Assembly: GCF_018977255.1 (NCBI RefSeq) | Contig: NW_024704742.1 | Span: forward strand, 54,252,001-54,316,000 | Source: Callorhinchus milii | Taxonomy: Eukaryota | Reading direction: 5' to 3' | Length of the DNA: 64,000 nt | Shown here: positions 53,688-64,000 of the stretch, piece after piece | Layout: each line of letters opens with the position of its first letter | Position numbering within the stretch: position 1 is the first letter of the stretch | The notes under the pieces: model-generated | What the model saw: only the letters and a program-made list of their open reading frames with translations | What the model was told of the DNA's origin: nothing | Databases searched by the model: none | Position numbers and translations under genes: made by a program

Positions 53688-56600
53688 TGTTTGCTGGCAA
53701 TAATTAGCACAACACAGCTTTAAAGCATTGCAAACGTTATCCCCTTGTTCCCTTTGCTTCTGCTCATGATTTGAGCAGTTCACTCTTACTTTTCCTCATT
53801 GCAGCTGTGAAGAAGGGTATGTAAATTGTGACCAGGTTCAGTGAAGTGTAGCTTTGTAGCAACTATAGCTCCTGCCAGTAAATTAAGATGTCACGATGCA
53901 TGAAAAAGAAAAGTTTATTTGGCTTAAGTTGCCTTGCTCGGCTGTATGCAGATTGGAGCCTGCTCAAATGGACAAAAGAGCACGTGTACTGTCAAGGCTG
54001 ATTCCAGCACAGTACGCAGCCTGCTGCATTGTCATCCAGCTTGCTTCTATCTCGATAAACTTCATTTGTTTTATACAATTATATCAGCACTCTGTCTAAA
54101 CTGGGTCATGGAAAAAGAAGGCAGGGAGTTGTAGCTAAGTCTGAAGGAAATTGGATGCGAGGTCCTAAGGATCCTATTATTATTATTACAGCCAGCAGAG
54201 AGATGAGACTTTCATCACATCAGTCTAGGCTTAGTTTGAACTTGAGCCAAGAGAACAGAGAACAGTGTATGAACCTACTGTGCCAACCAGTCATCTTTAC
54301 GTTAACATGTATAAGGCTCTCTGTGTAATCTTTCTTATGACTGTTTCAATGAATTAAGATGCAGTGAACTAAAGTTGGCATAATAAAACTAGTATTGTCC
54401 AAATACCAAAATTGGTGAGTCTCAATCTCAAACATTTGATGCCAATCCATGTCTCTTTATGGAAACAAATAATGCAAGATTGTCAGTCATCAGCGATAGA
54501 ATTTATTTGCTAATTGTTACCGGCCTAGGGTCATTACATCTTTGGGCAGGCTCCAGCATACCTTACACAAGATCAAAATAATTGAAATGCCTACAAATAG
54601 TTCTAGCGATTAAGTATGAAATAGCCACAAAGAGTTTGAGGTATGATGCTACAGATGCAAGATGATCATTTGTGGGACAAAGAGGATAACTAATGAGGAA
54701 TGGTTGACAAAGTACAGAGAAAGAGCTTGATGATGAGGCTGATCTGGATGGCACAACACATTACCATGGGCAGTCTATTCAGGAGGTCCAGAGGAAGTTG
54801 TCAGGCATTTTAGACAAGGTCACTGGATAGCGATCAGGGCAGGAGGCCTGGCTGATTTGTTGCTCATCCTAAGAATGGCACCACTTTGATTTCTTGTTCT
54901 GCAGACATGGGGCACTGAGCTCAGTTGTAGCTCACCTACTGCTTTTCTGGTTCAGATGAGCAACCTCAACACAGACCAAGATTGAAAATTAAATGTTGTG
55001 GGGGAAACTCTCGAGTGAGATTTTATTTGAAGCCTAAAGTAAAAATAAATAGGATAGATTGCCAAATCATGATTTAGCTGATTGTAAAAATCAATACAAG
55101 ACACAAAGCACTGTTATCATTTATTTATGATGCTTTATAAATTAAGTGGTTGTCAGTCGATTGGCAGATCGCTTTCCGGAGTAATAATCCTCCCCCCTCA
55201 CCACCACCAAAAAAAAGAATGTGGTCACTCACTCCATGACTGTTTGTGGGACATTGCTGTGTGCAATTGGCTACTGTGTTCTGCCTACAAAATACACAGT
55301 CAATCCACTTTGCAACCCAGACTGTAAAGCACTTAGAGATGTCTCAATGATGTGTTAGTCCACAATATCAAATGCAAGGATTATTATTCTTATTATTTAT
55401 TCCTCAAAGGATTCCTTTGTGCGCAATCACTTCATAGTCTATCCTATGAATGCTTTGAGACATCCTCTCATAGTGAAAGGTGCTATACTCAATTTAAGAA
55501 ATATTATTTCTTAATTATTGAACAAAATATTGATCATCTGGACAGAAAATGCAGTGAAAATGTGCTATTAAAACATATCTTTAGCAAGAGATTTGGGACT
55601 GAACACCAGCATCTCCCTTCTAATGTTGGCAGAATGGTTCTATCCATGTACTTGGAGATTTAAGCTATTGATGCCTTTTTAGTGAGTGAGGAGAGGAGGA
55701 CGCCATTGTTCTTGTCCATCCATAGGAGTCTTGTTTGAACCCTGCTTCACCATATACTGACTTAAAGTTAAGCTGGTATCTGGTAAAGCAAGTTTTAAAT
55801 GCTCTAGACATCTGGAAGATGTGAAAAACACTATATCAAATGCAAGGATTATTATTATAATATATAGTATATATAAATAATCCTTACAGTTGATTTAACA
55901 CCTTTCACAGCAAAGAGGTCTCAAAGACCTTCAGGATTTACTGTAAAGTGTAGTGACTGTTTTTTGTGTGGGGGAAAATTACTGATAGCTTAAATCTGCA
56001 TAGCCTGTGGGGGGAAAAAAACAAGCTCGCCGTTAACATAAGAGTTTAAGGAAATTTTAATCACAGGTTGTGTCTAGTAGATAAAGGGTTTCTTAAGTAA
56101 ATAATAAGATATATTTAGGAATACTGCCATTATTCTTTCCATTATCTAAAGGGATCATATACTTGCACTTTTAATATGCACTGTATATATTATGTGACAA
56201 TCTACACCGCTGATGATGTTCAAATCAGGCAACACATTCATTTTCTCAGTAATAATGTCAATTATATATTTTTAATAACTGCAGAACGAACTTGATACAT
56301 GCTGTGAAAGAATAGTGGATAGCCACACACTCAGCGTTGTTGACAAAAATGAACCACCTGTGGTTCTTCCCTACTAGATTGAAAAGATTGATTTTGACCT
56401 TTTGGATCTTGTACTGATTGTTATAAACTTGTCAATACAGAAAGCACAGCTTCTCTGAAGTGTACCATTAGCACACTGTTGTGTTATTTCACTTGATTTT
56501 CTACCTTCCCATCCACTTCAGTCTTTGCTCTGTTGTAACCATGCTGACTTTACACAGAGTTGCAATGTCCAGCAATATAAAGACAGCAGCGGAGTCTCAT

Positions 56601-56699
56601 TTCAGGGGTTATTGGTCAAGAAAATCAATCAATCTACAAATCAATCATTTCCTGGTAATGAACCCTAACCAAAGTTGATCTTAGACTGTGATGGAATTT

Positions 56700-57295
56700 T
56701 TTTGGGGGTCAGTCGGGTGTCTGACAAGTGCAGAACCCCATCACTATGCTTAAGAGTATCCAAACCACGCTGAGAATTCCATGCATCCCACCTCTACATG
56801 GAAATCCCGGAGATAGATTGTTGGAATGGAATGTGCTGGAGGGACGCATCCTGCTTACATAATTCCAGAAACGTTCAGGCGCAGGTTGGCAAGAGCTAAG
56901 ACTTGGGGACCCCAGAATGGGCGATGAGGTACTGCTGGAGTCTAACCAGCTAAAACCTCATAGCTTGCCATTGATATTGCTGTCCAGCAAGCTTTCTCAC
57001 TGCTTGTCCAGTTAGGACCATCCTATCCGTTAGGGCTTTGTCTTGAAAGGTTAACAGGAGCTGAGTGGGGTTACTCCTGGTGTAATGGGAGGTCTGGCTC
57101 ATCGATGAGCCTGGTTAGCTGTGCTGTTAGCAGCAGTGCCCTGAAATACTGCAGACCTGTCTTGCTCAGGAACTGGACTAACAAAACTGCCACAGAGGGC
57201 TGGCTTGATTCCGACATTAACCAGGCATGTCACCTTGGAGCCAGTTAAGCTCCAAGGAGACCACGCTTACCTCCCACACAAGGAGGATAGTCACT
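56700..57295. repeat. Unclassified interspersed repeat, second long copy in inverted orientation
   Basis: For example ccagctaaaacc-catagcttgccattgatattgctgt matches the reverse complement of 30576-30614. Confidence 0.75.
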
Positions 57296-58012
57296 AGATG
57301 GAATAATAGTAAATAATAATCCTTGCATTTGATATAGTCTTATGTTAACATGTCTCATAGCGCTTCACAGGATATAGTGTATAGTGAATTGACTGTATTT
57401 TGTGAGCAATCTAATAAAACCTCCTTGTTTTGAGACATGTTTATTGAAGCTGAGACACAGAACTGCAAACCCTTTTTATACTTAAATGATTCATGGGACA
57501 GATTAGAGAGACCATTGTAACTATTCCTTTGCAGAATACATTTGACGTTTTATCCTTTGGAATTCATTGTTTTAGTTCTTTGAATGACTAAAACTTTGAT
57601 GGAAATATGAATTTTTCATAAAAAAGGAAGTAAAATAAATAAAGTGAAATCGACAATAACTGGGATTAAGATGCATGATCAAACTGGAGAAATATTTTAA
57701 GAGCTTGATAAATGATGGCCTTTAGATTATTGTTCTTTATACTGTAATAACATTTAGAATTTTACAATGATATAGGCATCACCTATATGGATGGGGGTAA
57801 CCTAGGTTTTGTTCCCTCTTAGTCGGAAAGATGATGTGATACATCCAATGCACATAGAGTGCTCCAACGTGATTGTATTACCATGGTGTGTTCTTTATCT
57901 GTTTACTGAGTCATAAAGCATTCATCATGAGCATTCAGATTTATTCAGGTTTAAACTCTGGAAGTCTGAAATGTGGGATTTCCAAGATCTAATGCTGAAG
58001 CTAAGGACATAC

Positions 58013-58029
58013 TGCCACTAGATGGTAGG
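58013..58029 (+). promoter_or_regulatory. CTCF-like motif
   Basis: TGCCACTAGATGGTAG matches the CTCF core. Confidence 0.45.
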
Positions 58030-59377
58030 GACTGGATGCACACAGAGAAATTCCACTGATCAGAAAGGATTGGATATCATAATCCTTGCATTTGAAATAG
58101 CGCCTTATTATATCTTCGAGACATTTCAAAGCGCTTTACAGAATATACTGTAAAGTGAATTGACTGCATATTTTGTGGGCGAAATGCAACAGATAAATAT
58201 TACCTTTAGACCATTAGGAATACTGGCCATATTTTTCCACTCAATTGAAACAGTTCAGTAGGAGGTATTCCCTCAGATTAGATAATTACTCTGAATATGG
58301 TTCAAGTTGGGCATAGCTTTTCATTACTGCCCAGTAAAGTACGTGAATTGTAAAACGTGAATTGGAATATTAAAAATGTTCTATATTGGCACGAAGCTCC
58401 AAGCAGTCAGTGTGTATGGTGGTGGGGGGGCAGGGGGTGGGTGGTGGTGGGTATTGAACAGACAACATAGGACATGGAGGTTGGGGGCTATAAAATCCAA
58501 TGTCCAAGTTTGTGAATATCAGATTACTTGTGTAAGGTTTGCAAAATGGCAAATTGTGGATCCTACGACAGCAAAGGTTAAACAAATGCTGGTGATCAAA
58601 ACATTTTAGACTTACAATCTACAGTCAATGTTTTGTGCTTTTCCTCATGTGCAATATTAAAGCTATAGCCCTATTTACCCGTCTTCAAATCACACTTGAA
58701 GACTTTCCTCTTTGATCGTGTCTTTAGTCACCATCCCTTTCTTTCCAGCTTGGCATGAAACCAGACAACTGCTCTTTGATGCTACCCATGAGAAGGGACC
58801 TATATAAATGCACATGGTTGTCGTTCTTGAGTATGGCAATATAGATAGAAAGTTGACTGAAGGACAGAAAATAAAGAGGGAACAATGGATTATTATTTTC
58901 AGACTTGAGGGATTTTAGCTGTCACCGAGATTCATTGCTTTGCTTTTGTCTTCACTCCCCACCAGACTGATCTGTCTATTCCAACCACAAATAGCATTTA
59001 GCATATAAGTAATGTATTCTGGTCTTTAAGGGACATCCAAACTATTCCTTAAATACATGATCTCAGAATCAAATTATTGATAATTCTGTGGTATAATTTT
59101 ACTGATAAGGCACAATATCAAATGCAAGGATTATTATTATTAACTACATATTTGAGAGGTGAATTTATTTATAGAGAGCACGCTACACTTGCAAGATCAG
59201 ACAGCAAGATCAGAACTAAATGAATGCTTTGAATCACCCTTTTCTTACTTAAATGATACTTGAAACGGATCAAAAAGATTATTGTAAATATTCAATGGAA
59301 ATGAACTTACCAGTAAGAACAAAGGTTAACATTAACAATGTGTTATACTTTGGAATCAATTGTTTTAGCTATTAGAA

Positions 59378-59945
59378 TAATTATAATAATAATTCCTTGC
59401 ATTTGATATAGCTCCTTATCACATCTTTGAGATGCCTTGAAGCACTTCACAGGATGAACTGTAAATTGCAGTGATTTATATTTTAGGGACCCAACCTGGA
59501 CCCAATTTTGCATGCAGCAATGTCCCATAAATAATCAAACAGTCAATGACCAATTTCATTTTGGAAATTCTTGGACAGGACACTGGGAGAAATTCCCTTC
59601 TCTTTTCGACTGCCCCCTCCTCCCCCGGTGATCTTTAGGTGTATGTATGGCACTTCACACCTCCTGCTCCACCTGTGCTCCACCATCAATCACTACACTG
59701 CCTTGTGCCTCGTACAACCTCAGGAGAGGCGGTGCGGAGAGAGACGAGAAAAGAGCAGGAGGTATGAGGCAGTTTAGAGAGCGACAGGAAACTCACACAA
59801 AAAACGTTACCTCTAATATTAGAGCAATGTTCCAGCAATGCATTGTGGAGTGCCAGCCTAGACTACATGATTTCCAAGTCCTGAAATAGAACTGGAACCT
59901 ACAACCTTCTGACTCAGATGCGAGAGTGCTACTAACTGAGTCAGT
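59378..59945 (-). mobile_element. Type B SINE interrupted by ~150 bp of foreign sequence
   Basis: Tail at 59378 and head at ~59890-59945. Further partial copies at ~14650, 18720, 19510, 29280, 33600, 36205, 55145, 58079, 60085, 61980 and 63270. Confidence 0.7.
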
Positions 59946-62900
59946 CTGACAGCTGACACCAGACAATACTAAATTATGATTAAACCATGAATTTTTCTTT
60001 GAAAGTAGAATAAGGAAAATAAATACAAAAGTCAGCCAACAAAGCCTGCTACTAGAACTGAACAAATATTGTAAGAACAATCAGATGGTCTAGGCTGACA
60101 CTCATAGCCTTGTGCTTCAGGTGAGACATTAAATCAAGATCCTGTTTCATTGTTTAAGTGGATGTTAATGATCCTACGACACTATTCAAACAGAGAAGGG
60201 AGTTTCTCCCCCTGTGTCCCAGCTAACAATCCACCCGATAAAATTGGTCATTCACTTCATGGCTATTTTGGGATATTGCTGTGAGTTTATTGCCGTCCAC
60301 GTTTTCCACAAAAATAGATTCTACAGTGAATCCTTTGATTTGTCCTCCTAACATGAAAGGCGATTTACCAAAGGTAAGTATTATTATTAATATGGTTCTA
60401 TAAAATTGTGCAATGAGTGACAGAATGAACAGCCATGTAAAATCGTAATTATAATTGATGATCAGTATCACATATTTTATTTTATATTTTAAGTCCAAAC
60501 AGTTCAAACTAAAGTCCAATATTGTTATTTCAATCATCAAAATTTCAGGGTCAAATAGGCATTTTGTAACCTGAGCCACTGCTTTTTAATAATAATTTCA
60601 TAATCCTCACAACTGATAAAGCATCTTATTGTTGGCCAACAAGACCCCAAATAAAATTGGTCATTCACTTCACTGTTTGTAGGCCACTGCTGTGTGCAGA
60701 TTGGCTGCCATGTTCACCTTCAAAAATACAGTCATTGCACACATTACATTATATCCTGCAAAGGTCTTTGAGATGGCTTCCTGACTTAGTCTGAGTTTAG
60801 TGTCTGTATATTTTGTAGGCCAGAGTCCACAACATCTGCATTTCCAAGCCACTGTACAAATTATTCCATACAACTGTTTTTAAGTGCTTTTCAATACTGT
60901 GACTTTATGCTTTCAGTCGTTCTGTAATCAGCAGAGGGGACATGGTATAAAAACTGAGTCTAAAAGTACATCAATAGTCAAACCAGTACCAGAAAAAGTG
61001 TTAAATGTAGAGTGATCAGGATATGTTAAATAATCGATGAGTTAACATAATTGAGGTAAAAGCTTATTATTAGAGGATCTATAAATTGATACATCAATAT
61101 ATGAGGAGCTATGGGATACAATTTATAACCAAAACTAACCTTTTGTACAATAATTGAATTATGTTCAATGGAATGGAATGCAGTCTCTTGTATTTTACTT
61201 AATCCAGATTAGGCAAATGATGAAAATTAGAATGATTGAAGTTTGATAGAAATTTTAATTTAAGTAGCAACTAAGCTAATGTGTGGTTTGTAGAGAGATT
61301 GTAATAACCCTTTGTAAAATGTTATCGCCCCACAGTGATGCTGTAACATTGTGAATTTATTGTCATTAAATATTTAAATGTTTGACATAGGTTATGTAAT
61401 CCCATATGGCAAAAATATTTAACCCTATTCCACTGATCTCATTAAAAAAATGTCATCAGACAAATTTTTAGCAGTAAGGGTGTTGATAATTTTGCCCTGT
61501 TGCTGTCTGCACCTTTTTATACACGGCAACCCTGTTATTAGGTACCTCACTGGAATGTGTTTTTTTGGGGGGGTTACCAGACACTTCTGGATTCTGGCAG
61601 AATGACGGACCTTCTGCGCTAATATAATGACCGAATTTCACACTATTCCCTACCTTTCTGAGCTGCTTACACCCGTACTCAAGTACTCACTGGCTTGGCT
61701 AGCTCTGGCCTCCTGCATTTCCCTCATCCCCTCCGCTCCATCACTGGTGGCCGTGCTTTCAGCCATTACACCCTGAAACTATGGAACTTTTTTTCTCAAT
61801 CACATCCGCTTTGCCTCTTCCTTCCCCATGTTCAGATCACATCTGAAGACCTTCCTCTTGAATCTTGCTTACAGTCACCTCCTCCCTCTCCCCAGCTAGG
61901 TGTCAAGCTCTGACAGTGTTCACCGCTCCAATACATTACCCTGCATGAAGCGTCTTATAGAAATGCAAATTGTTGTTGTTGAAGAGAAGGGAGTTTCTCC
62001 CGGTGTCCTGGAGATGGAAATAAAATTGGTCACTCACTCCATGGCTGTTTGAGGGACATTGCTGTGCACAACTGGCTGACAAAATATACAGTCAATCCAT
62101 TTTGCAGCATATCCTGTGAAGGGCATTAATGCACAACGTGATAACTCACTATATCAAATGCAAATATTATTATTATTGAATTCCAGATTGTCAGGTCGCT
62201 GCCCACGTGACTTTCTACATCTTGTGAAAAATAGTGCAAGCCCCATGGAAAATGCAATTGATATCACAGCACTGTTATTTTTTAAAGGATTCAGCCCCTC
62301 TGGGTGAAAGATAAACATCCTCAGTATGACAGGAAAGAAAGTGTGAAATGCGTTGAAGTACCATACATCAATTTCAAAGTATTATTGAACTGTTTCAAGA
62401 GTTTACTTGATACTATTGACAGTACATACCTTTGACTTTTGAAAAGATTGATTCCTTTTTATCCTGAATGAATTGCTTGCTCTCCATTGTTACATAGAAG
62501 AAACTAATGTGGAAGAATTTTTCAAGCTTGTGGTAATGGTTGGTAATGCAAAAAGTTCCACAAGCTTTAGGGAATCAATCATTTAAAAGCAAGTTACATG
62601 CACTAATAATAATCCTTGCAATTTATATGGTGCATTTTTGCATTGCAAAGATGCCTCAAAGTGCTTCCAGGATTTACTGTGAAGTGGATTTACTATAAAG
62701 TGTAGTAACTGTATTTTGTAACTTTAAGTTGGCAGGGAAATAATACTTAAAGAAGATGTGATCTAAATTTGAATGAAAATTAAACTTTACATTGTCTTCA
62801 TTGTGTCAGTGTTTAATGTAGAGACTTTGCTGCAGTGTGTGACTTCTTTATGACACATTGATAATTCAGAGATAAATAACTCTGCCAACTCAATAGATAA

Positions 62901-64000
62901 CGTCTGTAACATACTAGGGTGGGCATGTTACATAAGGACTCTCCTCTCGGGAGAGTAATCAGAGCTGGCAGTTCATTCTCTTTAGAACATTGTAGATGGA
63001 GAGACTGTTGACAGTTCTGCTCACTAAGTAGACTTGGCATCTGTACCTGTGGCTAAATTGTAATGCAACATCCAGTTCGATCTTTGCATGATGTACCATG
63101 TGTATCAATTGTTATAGTCATGGAAATAAAACAAATTAATAGTTTGTGCCATTAGATCTAAACTATCTTCCTTGAATCATTCAATGAAAATGCAATAAGT
63201 GTCCCCTCCCGCTTACAGGAGGAAAGAATTGCCAATATGAACCAACATCCCACTGTGAATTTAATACAGTAATAACAATAATCCTTGCATTTGATATAGC
63301 ACTTCACAGGATATACTGTAAAGTGTAGCGATTCTGTATTTTGTGGATGAATATGGCAATTGAATACAGCAACCAATATGCGCTTAGCAACATCCAAAAA
63401 CAGCTATGGAGTGAGTGACCAATTTTATTTCGAGTATTGTAAGGCAGAACACCGGGAGAAACTCCCTTCTCTTTTTGAATAGTGCTACGGGATCTTTAAC
63501 GTCCACCTGGACAAGCAGATGGGATCTTGGTTTAATGTCTATTCAATGTTTGTAATCTTTGAGGATCCTATAGCCACCTCTGTCTCTCCCTTGGGCCTTC
63601 TCCCCTCTCTCTTGCTCAGTGCCCTATTTGTTCTGTGTGAAATGCCACAGCATGTTACCCTAAGTGAAGGGCACAATATAAAATGAAACTTCTTGTTGTA
63701 AAACTTGTTGATGGTGATAATGAATAGGGTTGAAGTGTTTTGGGCAGTAAATATAAGATCTAAGTGTAACATATGTTAAGATATATAATGTGACAGTAAG
63801 CCTCCTTACAGGGGGAATGAACTGTGTAACCAACTGGAAGCAGCTACTTTCATTTATTTTCAAACACCACATACAAGCTCAGGAACAATCAGAACAGCCT
63901 TTCTTCTTACCTCTGTCCCATCTGAAAAATAACAAGACATCCTTTGAGATTTATACACATCCCTGGAGAGTGCTTATAAAGAACAAATCAGAATTAAGTG

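Overview
Vertebrate genomic DNA. The repeat content (L2 and CR1 LINEs plus Deu-domain tRNA-SINEs) suggests a cartilaginous fish, possibly a chimaera; this is an inference. The only securely identified host gene is the 3' end of TUSC3 on the + strand: a 91-bp exon at 4070-4160 and the last coding exon at 5357-5372, ending ...YHGYPYSFLIK*. About 1.3 kb past its stop lies a compact CpG-rich housekeeping-type promoter (~6480-6790) with a TCT/5'TOP-like start and a first-exon donor, but no recognisable coding gene follows it. The rest of the window is mostly transposon debris: young and old L2 copies, CR1 3' ends, two SINE types sharing one body and tail, a rearranged Gypsy LTR element, a Tx1/L1-like fragment, MITE-like palindromes and an unclassified interspersed repeat, with several nested insertions. 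Nearly all ORFs in the supplied track are L2, Gypsy or Tx1 relics or chance ORFs. No prokaryotic-type system is present. I could not establish a genuinely new system. The best leads are the orphan TOP-like promoter and a weak chain of minus-strand exon-like segments.
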